DNA of 64,000 nucleotides from Gemmatimonas sp. (lineage in GTDB: Bacteria > Gemmatimonadota > Gemmatimonadetes > Gemmatimonadales > Gemmatimonadaceae), in NCBI RefSeq assembly GCF_044344655.1, contig NZ_JBIJCN010000002.1, positions 32,174 through 96,173 on the forward strand, written 5' to 3'. Under the pieces are notes generated by a model that was not told the origin of the DNA, searched no databases, and was given only the letters and a program-made list of their open reading frames with translations. This document shows positions 1 to 7,663 of the stretch, piece after piece (positions within the stretch are counted from its first letter, which is position 1; the number at the start of each line of letters is the position of its first letter). The translations under genes and the position numbers were made by a program.

Positions 1-249
1 AATGGCGAGGGTTTTTCCGGTGCCGGTGCCGGCGACGATGCCGAAGCCGTCGCCACTCGCGGCCAGCCGCCGCAGATCGACACCGCGGGTGCGCTCGAGA
101 AAGGTGTCGAGGTGCAAGCCGACGGCGAGTTCGATGGTCTCGCACGCGGCGCGTGTGGGTGCGATGACGATGACGCGGCCGGTACTCGGCTTGGCCGCGA
201 GGTAGGTCTCGCGGTCGGGCGGCAGAAAACGATCGGTGGTTTCTCTCAC
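1..249 (-). CDS. SF2 (DEAD/DEAH-like) helicase, N-terminal part; runs off the window edge
   Basis: Not in the ORF track. Manual translation from GTG 249: VRETTDRFLPPDRETYLAAKPSTGRVIVIAPTRAACETIELAV...GFGIVAGTGTGKTLAI, with Walker A GTGTGKT. Confidence 0.75.
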   Translation of the reverse strand, partial: MRETTDRFLPPDRETYLAAKPSTGRVIVIAPTRAACETIELAVGLHLDTFLERTRGVDLRRLAASGDGFGIVAGTGTGKTLAI

Positions 250-275
250 GCGCTCAATCTACCCCGGGACGCTCT

Positions 276-311
276 GGGTCTGGGGCGGGGTCTGGGGCGG
301 GGTCTGGGGCG
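276..311 (+). repeat. 3 x 12-bp tandem repeat (GGGTCTGGGGCG)3, intergenic
   Basis: Three exact copies read directly. Confidence 0.9.
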
Positions 312-320
312 CCCCGGCCC

Positions 321-1322
321 CTACCGCTGGATCAGCTTGACCCGCTGTCCGCCGCGGAACACCTCGACTCGGTCCGCCCGACCATCGCGGTTCACGTCCG
401 TCCACACCTGCAGCAGCTCCCCCGCCCCATCGAGAAAGATGGCCCGCCACGGCACCCCGCCCCGCCCCTGATCCGGGATGCGTACGGCGAATTCGTTGGT
501 GCCGAGCCACTGCATGACCTCGCTGCTGGGACGCCCCTCGATCACCTCGAGCGCGCTGCGCATCGGCGGGAGTACCTGCGGATAGGCGCGCGAGGCGAAC
601 TCCGGGAGATCATCGCAACGGCCGTCCGTGTCGCGGTCCGTGCACACCGGCGGCCCGTAGCGCAGGTCGTCGCACCAGCCATCACCATCACGGTCGAGAC
701 ACACCGATGAGCCCGTCCCGGGCGGGTTGCGGCCTGGCACGAAGTAGCGCGGATCGTTCACCACCCCCGGTACCACCACCCCCCCGGGCGTCACATACCC
801 CGCGCCGGGCCCGGCGTGTGACCCGATGGGCCCAGCCTGTGACGATGCCGTGCCCGGATACGACGAAGCCGGCGAGGTCATCGCCGGCCGGTCGCCGTAC
901 AACTGTTCATCGGTGATCTTCTTGGCGTCCCACGCCGCCCGCCCCCGCGGATCGACCAACGATAGATCGGGTGGAACGAGCGGCGGCCCCTTCTTCGGCT
1001 CCGTCCCGCGCAGCGTCCTGACCGGGAGGTCGTCGATCTTCTTCCCCTTCGCCTTGTCGGGGCCGTAGATCACCCGCGCATTGGCCGGCCGGTTGCGCAC
1101 CGCGGCGGCGCAGTCGGTGGGTGCGGGCTGCTGCTGCGGCGGGACCCCGTCGATCCAGACGCGGCACATCCCCGCCGGCGGCTCGAACTCCTTGGGGACG
1201 CCACTCTTGTCGTCGCGATTCGTGTCCTTCGACTGCGCCATGGCGCTGCCGGCCGTCACGGAGAGACTCAGGACGATCGCTGCCGCCATCAGGCGCTTGG
1301 GCATTGTCGTGTGAAACTGCAT
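321..1322 (-). CDS. Secreted hypothetical protein with a Pro/Cys domain and acidic DxDxDG-type repeats
   Basis: Signal peptide (MPKRLMAAAIVLSLSVTAGSAMAQ); PPAGMCRVWIDGVPPQQQPAPTDC; CLDRDGDGWCDD and CTDRDTDGRCDD; DVNRDGRAD. Start is ambiguous (1337/1322/1304). Confidence 0.75.
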   Translation of the reverse strand: MQFHTTMPKRLMAAAIVLSLSVTAGSAMAQSKDTNRDDKSGVPKEFEPPAGMCRVWIDGVPPQQQPAPTDCAAAVRNRPANARVIYGPDKAKGKKIDDLPVRTLRGTEPKKGPPLVPPDLSLVDPRGRAAWDAKKITDEQLYGDRPAMTSPASSYPGTASSQAGPIGSHAGPGAGYVTPGGVVVPGVVNDPRYFVPGRNPPGTGSSVCLDRDGDGWCDDLRYGPPVCTDRDTDGRCDDLPEFASRAYPQVLPPMRSALEVIEGRPSSEVMQWLGTNEFAVRIPDQGRGGVPWRAIFLDGAGELLQVWTDVNRDGRADRVEVFRGGQRVKLIQR

Positions 1323-1498
1323 CCGCACGTCCTCCAACAGGGACCTCGTTCGCGTCCGCCGTGAACGCCCCCTGGATCACCCGCAGATCACCGGGGCAGA
1401 GGGGGTGTCATACCCGGCCGGAGCGGCCAGCTGACCGGAAGTATCGGCACGACACTACCCTACGAACAGGGGGAGGATCCGCGTCGCACGCACCGCCC

Positions 1499-2578
1499 TC
1501 AATCCCCAAAGCTGATCCCGATCATCCGGGCCGTCTGGACGATGTCGTGCTTCGGGTCCACGCGCTTCGTCTCGCGCAGGACCTCGTCGATCGGAATCGT
1601 CACCAGATGCGGCGACTGCAGCGCCACCATATGTCCCCACTTCTTGTCGGCCACGGCCTGGACCGCCGCCGCACCGAAGCGCGTGGCCAGCAGACGGTCG
1701 TAGCCGGTGGGCGAACCGCCGCGCTGCAGGTGCCCCAGCACCATCGCGCGTGTCTCCTTTCCCGTGACGCGCTGGATGTCGAACCCCAGACGCTCGGCGA
1801 TGCCGCCGAGCCGGCGATCTTGCCCGGGGAGCGACGCCCCGATGATCGATTCATGGCCTCCCTTGGGCTTCGCCCCCTCGGCCACCACCACGATGCTGAA
1901 GCGCTTTCCGCTCGCATCACGCGTCATGATCTTGTCGCAGACCTTTGCCAGCTCCCACTCGATCTCGGGAATCAGGATCACGTCGGCCGTACCGGCCACG
2001 CCGGCGTGCAGGGCAATGAAGCCGGCCTCGCGCCCCATCACCTCGAGCACCATGACGCGATCGTGCGACTCAGCGGTCGTGTGCAGCTTGTCGATCGCTT
2101 CCATCGCCGTGTTCACGGCCGTGTCAAAGCCGAAGGTCGTGACGGTCCCCGCCACGTCGTTGTCGATCGTCTTGGGGACACTCACCACCCGCACGCCCTT
2201 GGCCGATAGCTGCTGTGCGATCTTGAGCGACCCGTCGCCACCGATCGAGATGATCGCCTCAATGCCAAGGTTGCGGGCGTTCTCTACGAGCTCGTCCGAC
2301 CGGTCGATGTGCGTCCAGCTCCCATCCGGCTGCTGGAGGGGATAGGCGAACGGGCTGCCGCGGTTGGTGGTCTTGATAATGGTGCCGCCCTGGCCGGCGA
2401 TGCCGCGCACGCTGTCGACCGTGAGTGGCACAATCTCGTCCTCCCCCAGCAGCCCGGCGAAGCCACGCTTGATACCGAGGACGTCCCAGCCGCGGGTACG
2501 CGCCGAAAGGACGGCCGCCCGAATGACCGCATTGAGACCAGGGGCGTCACCGCCGCCAGTGGAGATGGCAATTCGCAT
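1499..2578 (-). CDS. pfkA: 6-phosphofructokinase (PfkA family)
   Basis: MRIAISTGGGDAPGLNA, IGGDGS, VPKTIDND, FGFDTA, LEVMGR, LGHLQRGG; start moved to ATG 2578. Confidence 0.95.
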   Translation of the reverse strand: MRIAISTGGGDAPGLNAVIRAAVLSARTRGWDVLGIKRGFAGLLGEDEIVPLTVDSVRGIAGQGGTIIKTTNRGSPFAYPLQQPDGSWTHIDRSDELVENARNLGIEAIISIGGDGSLKIAQQLSAKGVRVVSVPKTIDNDVAGTVTTFGFDTAVNTAMEAIDKLHTTAESHDRVMVLEVMGREAGFIALHAGVAGTADVILIPEIEWELAKVCDKIMTRDASGKRFSIVVVAEGAKPKGGHESIIGASLPGQDRRLGGIAERLGFDIQRVTGKETRAMVLGHLQRGGSPTGYDRLLATRFGAAAVQAVADKKWGHMVALQSPHLVTIPIDEVLRETKRVDPKHDIVQTARMIGISFGD

Positions 2579-2744
2579 GTTTCTGTAAATGACGTGACAG
2601 AGGGCGAAAGCCGTAATGTACCCTCGCGACCCGAATGGAGGGAAAGGGGCCGGGGACACCACAAGGCCCCCCTCGGCAACGTTTCGGTGACAGCAAAACC
2701 GGGCCAGTGTGCTACGGTAGCAGGCCGTTCACCCGGAGCGTCCT

Positions 2745-3218
2745 GTGTTGCGTCCTCGTTTCCCGCGGCCCTCGAGCCCCCGGCGCCCACCCCGTGGGAG
2801 CAGGCGTGGCACCACCGTGATTGAACAGCTGCTCATCATGGCCATCCTGGCCGTGGTGTCGACCCTTATGGTCGCCAGCGGCCTGCCCCTCCTCCAAGCG
2901 GCAGCGGTGGAAACCGCCACGCGGGAAACCGCCGACCTGCTGGCCTACGCCCGCGACCACGCGGTGGCGGCCAGCACGCGGACGGCGGTGCGCTTCGATG
3001 CGCCGCGGGGGGATGTGCTCGTGCACGTTGGGCCCGACACGATCGCTCGCGGCAGCTTCGCGCGGACGGGGGTGCAAATCTCCGCCTCCCGCGACTCCAT
3101 GGCCTACGCGCCCTCTGGGTTGGGTGTGGGCGCGGCCAACCTGCGCATTATCCTGTCACTGGGGGCGCGCGCTGACACCATTACGGTGTCGAGGCTGGGG
3201 CGAGTGAGCGTGCAATGA
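2745..3218 (+). CDS. Type IV pilin-like protein (FimT/GspH-like pseudopilin)
   Basis: Class III signal RRG|TTVIEQLLIMAILAVV with Glu at +5; ARDHAVAASTRTAV; C-terminal ITVSRLGRV. Confidence 0.75.
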   Translation: MLRPRFPRPSSPRRPPRGSRRGTTVIEQLLIMAILAVVSTLMVASGLPLLQAAAVETATRETADLLAYARDHAVAASTRTAVRFDAPRGDVLVHVGPDTIARGSFARTGVQISASRDSMAYAPSGLGVGAANLRIILSLGARADTITVSRLGRVSVQ

Positions 3219-3245
3219 CGGCCAGCCGAGGCGCGCGCGCCGGCC

Positions 3246-4406
3246 TCACGTGCCGAAATCGAACCCCGGCACCGAGACGCGTGGAATCTCCTGCCCGATC
3301 ACCCGCTCGATCGTGCGCACCATGCCGATCTCCTCACCCGACATGAACGTGTACGCATCGCCGGTGCTGGCGGCACGGCCGGTGCGGCCGATGCGGTGCA
3401 CATAGTCTTCCGGCTGCTGCGGCACGTCGAAGTTGATCACGTGCGTGATGCCACTGATGTCGAGGCCACGCTGCGCGATGTCGGTGGCCACCAGCACACG
3501 CAACTTGCCGCTCTTGAAATCCTCGAGCGCCTGCATGCGCTCCCGTTGCGACTTGTCGGCGTGCATCGCACCCGCCTCGATACCGGCGCGGGCGAGGTCG
3601 CGCACCACGCGATCGGCACCGCTCTTGGTGCGCGTGAACACCAGCACCGTCTCGTGATCGTTGTCCTTGAGCAGGTGCACCAGCAGGTCGTTCTTGCGCG
3701 TGCGCGGCACGGGGTAGACCGCATGCTTGACCGTGGTGGCGGCCGACGAACGACGCCCCACCTGCACCACGATCGGCTTGCGCAGGTACTTACGACCGAG
3801 CGCCTCCACTTCGGGAGGCATCGTGGCCGAAAAGAGCAGCGTCTGCCGGTAGCGCGGGATCTGCTCCACGATGCGGTTGATCTGCGGCGCGAACCCCATG
3901 TCGAGCATGCGGTCCGCCTCGTCGAGCACCAGCGTCTCGAGGTAGCTGAAATCCACGTTGCGCTTCTCGAGGTGATCGAGCAGCCGGCCCGGCGTGGCCA
4001 CCACCACATCGACACCACGGCGCAGCGCCTTCTCCTGCGGTTCGTACCCCACACCGCCGTAGACCGGGATGCAGTCCACCGGAGCGTGCTTGGAGTACTT
4101 CTGGACGCTCTCCTCCACCTGCAGGCAGAGTTCACGCGTGGGGGTGAGCACGAGCACGCGGGTGCGGCGCGGCCCCCCCAGCAGGCGGTGCACCACGGGC
4201 AACGTGAAGCTGGCCGTCTTGCCCGTGCCCGTCTGGGCGAGGCCGATCAGGTCGCGACCCTTGAGGGCGAGCGGAATGGCTTCGCGTTGAATGGGGGTGG
4301 GGCGTTCGTACCCGGCATCGTGCAGGGCGTCCAACAGGGGCTGCGCCAGCCCAAGGTCGGCGAAGGTCACATCGCCGACGAGCGTATCAGGATCGATGAC
4401 TGTCAT
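3246..4406 (-). CDS. DEAD-box RNA helicase (core only)
   Basis: Q motif (PTPIQ), AQTGTGKT, PTREL, DEAD, SAT, HRIGRTGR. Confidence 0.95.
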   Translation of the reverse strand: MTVIDPDTLVGDVTFADLGLAQPLLDALHDAGYERPTPIQREAIPLALKGRDLIGLAQTGTGKTASFTLPVVHRLLGGPRRTRVLVLTPTRELCLQVEESVQKYSKHAPVDCIPVYGGVGYEPQEKALRRGVDVVVATPGRLLDHLEKRNVDFSYLETLVLDEADRMLDMGFAPQINRIVEQIPRYRQTLLFSATMPPEVEALGRKYLRKPIVVQVGRRSSAATTVKHAVYPVPRTRKNDLLVHLLKDNDHETVLVFTRTKSGADRVVRDLARAGIEAGAMHADKSQRERMQALEDFKSGKLRVLVATDIAQRGLDISGITHVINFDVPQQPEDYVHRIGRTGRAASTGDAYTFMSGEEIGMVRTIERVIGQEIPRVSVPGFDFGT

Positions 4407-4485
4407 GTGTAGTCGGGAAAGCTAATCGCCGGACCGCCCGCCCGGGCAAATCCGTCCGATCGGCTTTCCGGACCCTCGGCCGCGC

Positions 4486-5682
4486 TCAGCTCCCGTAGAG
4501 CAATTCCAGCTCGCGCCCGGCCAACTTGGCCACCAAGGCCAACCGGAAAGTCACATCGGCCGACAGCCCCACCGCCGGCGTGCCGGCCGCCTCCCCATCG
4601 TGGAGCGGCAGCACTGGCCACGACCAGGCCGGGACCTGCGCCGGCATCACCACCGAACGCGGTGGGGTCCACATCCCCTTTCGGTCGCGGTCATCGAGGG
4701 TGCGGTCGAGCAGCTTGACCCACCCCTCGTGGCGGGTGAGCAGGCCCAAACGCGCCATCGTCTCCAGCCAGGCCAGCGCACTGGGCATGTCACTGTCGAG
4801 TGCACTGCGCGTGGCGAGGAAATCGCCCATCACCAGCTGTGGCTGCTCGACGATTTGTTCCCCGACCTGCTGCACGATCGCCTGCCGCGGCCACGACTGC
4901 GTGAGCCAATCGTACAGGCGATCCATGAACGGGGCATGCTCGCTACGGAACTGGGGCATGTGGGCGAGCATCACCAGCAAATGGAACGACGGCGGGGTAC
5001 TCTCCGAGGGGAGCACATGCTGGTTCCCCACGCGTACCCACGGCTTGAGCGCCGCCGACGAGCGAAGGAACGCGTCTACGCGCACGACCAGCCGGCGCGC
5101 CGCCCCCCGCAGACGGGGATCCTGTTCGTGACCCGCCTGCGCGAGTGCCGCTGCTGCCGCCTCGCGCAGCATCAGCCGGCCACGCAACACCCGCTCCTCG
5201 TCGTCACCGGCGGGGCGCAGCTCCCCCATGAGGATGGGATCGCTGTCCTCCGCCAGTAGGCGGAACAACAAACGCCGAGTGGCCTGCATGCCGGGCGTCT
5301 CCGGATCCCACCCCAGCTCGAGCAGGCGGCGATACGCGGGAATGGTCCCCACCCCGTCGAGCGACGTGCCCTTGGGGGTCGTCAGCCAGCCGCCAGGCCA
5401 CATCCCCTCGCAGTCCTGCAGCCCCAACAGGTGCCACCCCAGACGGCTGCCGTACGGCACCATCGCCCACCCCGATGACGGAACCGCCTGGCCCAGCACG
5501 TCGCGGAGCAGCCGATAACGGACGGCCGCTCCCCCCTGCGCGAGGAGCCGGCCGACCGGGACCGGCACGGGCGGCGGCGGCGGCGGGGCGGGGACAAACA
5601 CCGGGCGAGGGACGGTCAGTTCGCCGGGAACAGTGAGTTCCGACGACTCCGGCACGGGGCGCGTTTCGGGAGGAAGGGTCAC
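4486..5682 (-). CDS. Hypothetical protein, probable prenyltransferase/squalene-cyclase-like alpha/alpha barrel
   Basis: LLGLQDCEGMWPGG (QW-like), LLELGWDP, DRDRKGMW; GTG 5682 lies 9 nt after a TACAAT -10 box. Fold call is inference. Confidence 0.6.
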   Translation of the reverse strand: MTLPPETRPVPESSELTVPGELTVPRPVFVPAPPPPPPVPVPVGRLLAQGGAAVRYRLLRDVLGQAVPSSGWAMVPYGSRLGWHLLGLQDCEGMWPGGWLTTPKGTSLDGVGTIPAYRRLLELGWDPETPGMQATRRLLFRLLAEDSDPILMGELRPAGDDEERVLRGRLMLREAAAAALAQAGHEQDPRLRGAARRLVVRVDAFLRSSAALKPWVRVGNQHVLPSESTPPSFHLLVMLAHMPQFRSEHAPFMDRLYDWLTQSWPRQAIVQQVGEQIVEQPQLVMGDFLATRSALDSDMPSALAWLETMARLGLLTRHEGWVKLLDRTLDDRDRKGMWTPPRSVVMPAQVPAWSWPVLPLHDGEAAGTPAVGLSADVTFRLALVAKLAGRELELLYGS

Positions 5683-5815
5683 AATTCCGCTATTGTACGC
5701 GCAATTGGCAGGTTCGCCAGAGGGGGACCAGCCTCTCGTCCCACGAATCCGCGCCCGGGTGGTACCAGTACGCCGACCGCGGGAACGGCCAAAACACCGC
5801 AAGTGGTGGCGAATT

Positions 5816-5842
5816 AACGGTTTGGCTCCGTGGTGCGTCTAA
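5816..5842 (+). promoter_or_regulatory. Candidate ECF sigma-factor promoter (AAC-N17-CGTCTAA)
   Basis: AAC at 5816-5818, 17-nt spacer, CGTCTAA at 5836-5842, upstream of a small secreted protein. Confidence 0.5.
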
Positions 5843-5916
5843 TGGGTATCGGGCGCGCGCCGACGCAAGCGCGTAGACGCCATGCGCCCATGCGCTCCCC
5901 ACAACTCTCCGACGCC

Positions 5917-6291
5917 ATGAAGCACTCCCTTCGCATCCTCGCGGCCGCGGCCGCCCTCGCCGTGGCCACGCCCGCCTTCGCTCAGGGCGGCGGCGGTGGC
6001 GGTGGCGGCATGGGCCAGATGTCTCCCGAACAGATGATCGCGCGTCAGAAGGAGCGCATGTTCGCCGGCATCACGCTCACCGCCGAGCAGTCCGCCAAGG
6101 CCGACACGGTCATCATGAACGGCATGAAGCAGATGATGGAAATGCGCCAGTCCGGCGGGATGAACCGCGAGGCCATGCAGGAGATGAACACCAAGCGCAA
6201 CGAGGCCCTCAAGGCCCTCCTCACTGATGAACAGAAGAAGAAGTTTGAGGAGAACCTTGCCGCCATGCCGCAGCGGCGCGGCGGTCAGTAA
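5917..6291 (+). CDS. Small secreted Met/Gln-rich helical protein (Spy/CpxP-like)
   Basis: Signal peptide MKHSLRILAAAAALAVATPAFAQ; ITLTAEQ and LLTDEQKKKF (LTxxQ repeats). Confidence 0.7.
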   Translation: MKHSLRILAAAAALAVATPAFAQGGGGGGGGMGQMSPEQMIARQKERMFAGITLTAEQSAKADTVIMNGMKQMMEMRQSGGMNREAMQEMNTKRNEALKALLTDEQKKKFEENLAAMPQRRGGQ

Positions 6292-6434
6292 GCCACAGAG
6301 CGCCGGCGTCGGCCGGCAGTCACGGTAGACGAGGGCATCGGTTCCGCTGGGGACCGGTGCCCTCGCCCCGTTTGAGGCATTAGGCTTCGCAGCGCATGCC
6401 GAGTCCGGCACTCCCCTCTCTCGACCGCTCCTGA

Positions 6435-7301
6435 ATGCGCGGCGAATTCGTGGACCTCGACGGGGTCCGGTTGTATTGCTACGCCTTCGGGCATCGCGGC
6501 GCCGGCCATCCAATCGTGCTCGTGCATGGATCTTTCACCTCCTCGCACCTGTGGCAGCACGTGTTGCCGCGGCTGCCCAAGGGCCACCGCGTCCTCGTGT
6601 TGGACCTGCTGGGGCATGGCCGCAGCGATCCACCGCGAGCCCGCGACGGTGCGGCCGGCATGACGGTCGCTGCCCACGCCACCAGACTCGAGCAGCTCCT
6701 CGATGTGCTTGGTGTGCAGGAAGCGATGCTCGTGGGCCACGGCATGGGAGCCGCCGTGGCTGCGCGGGTGGCGCACGAGCAGCCAAGCCGCATCGCCCAC
6801 CTCATGCTGGTGAATCCGACCGTGCTGGACGCCCGCGCCGACGAGGCGCTGCTCAGCCGCCCGGTGCGCCGGGTGGCGGCGTTGGTTCCGCTCTGGCGGC
6901 GACTCGCTCCCGCATGGCTGGCGTCGGCACTCCACTATGCCCTGCTCCCTGGCTTTGCCCACCGCGATATGGGCGCGCGCGCGCTCGACGTGTACCTCAA
7001 GCCATTCCGGCTACGCGAGGGGCGCGATGCCGCCTGTGCCCAGCTCACGGCGCTGGACTGCTCGCGCGGCGACACCGAGGAGGTCCTGCGGCCCGGTGCC
7101 ATTCAGTGCCCCACGGCCGTGGTTCTCGGTACCGCTGATCCGTTTCTCGACCGTGCGCGTGCGGCGCGCCTCGAAGCGTCGTTGCGTACGGCCACGAACC
7201 ATCCGCTGTCGATCCACCGGCTCCCGGGCGTGGCCCACATGGCCCCGGAAGAAGCCCCCGACCGCCTAGGCACCCTCGTGGGGGACCTGCTGACGCAGTG
7301 A
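6435..7301 (+). CDS. Alpha/beta hydrolase
   Basis: VLVHGSFTSSHLW, DLLGHGRS, GHGMGA at the nucleophile elbow (Gly in place of Ser), C-terminal HMAPEE. Confidence 0.85.
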   Translation: MRGEFVDLDGVRLYCYAFGHRGAGHPIVLVHGSFTSSHLWQHVLPRLPKGHRVLVLDLLGHGRSDPPRARDGAAGMTVAAHATRLEQLLDVLGVQEAMLVGHGMGAAVAARVAHEQPSRIAHLMLVNPTVLDARADEALLSRPVRRVAALVPLWRRLAPAWLASALHYALLPGFAHRDMGARALDVYLKPFRLREGRDAACAQLTALDCSRGDTEEVLRPGAIQCPTAVVLGTADPFLDRARAARLEASLRTATNHPLSIHRLPGVAHMAPEEAPDRLGTLVGDLLTQ

Positions 7302-7341
7302 GCCCCTGCATCCCATTCCGACACTCCACGTCTCCCGCGAT

Positions 7342-7644
7342 ATGACGAACCGACTCGACAGCATGCGTGCCATGGCGGCCCGGCAGCCCAACAACCCCCT
7401 CGTGCGCTTCGGGCTCGCCAACGAACTCCTCAAGGGCAACCTGCTCGAAGACGCCGTGGTCGAGCTCTCGGCCTACCTCGCGTCGTACGACGACGAGGGG
7501 AACGGCTGGCTGCGCTATGCCGATGCGCTTGCGGCGCTGGGCCGGCACGATGAGGCGCGCGCGGCGTGCCACAAGGGCATGGACGCGGCCGCGCGTTACG
7601 GGCACGGCTCGATGGTGCAAGAGTTCGAGGAGCGTCTGCGCTGA
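7342..7644 (+). CDS. Small TPR-like protein
   Basis: PNNPLVRFGLANEL...YLASYDDEGNGWLRYADALAALGRHDEAR helical repeat pattern. Confidence 0.75.
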   Translation: MTNRLDSMRAMAARQPNNPLVRFGLANELLKGNLLEDAVVELSAYLASYDDEGNGWLRYADALAALGRHDEARAACHKGMDAAARYGHGSMVQEFEERLR

Positions 7645-7663
7645 GCGGGCGATCCGCCGTCGC

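Noticed and set aside
1340-1498. Possible ncRNA (SRP, 6S or tRNA) in the gap after pfkA
   Set aside because: No conserved motifs or cloverleaf recognisable.
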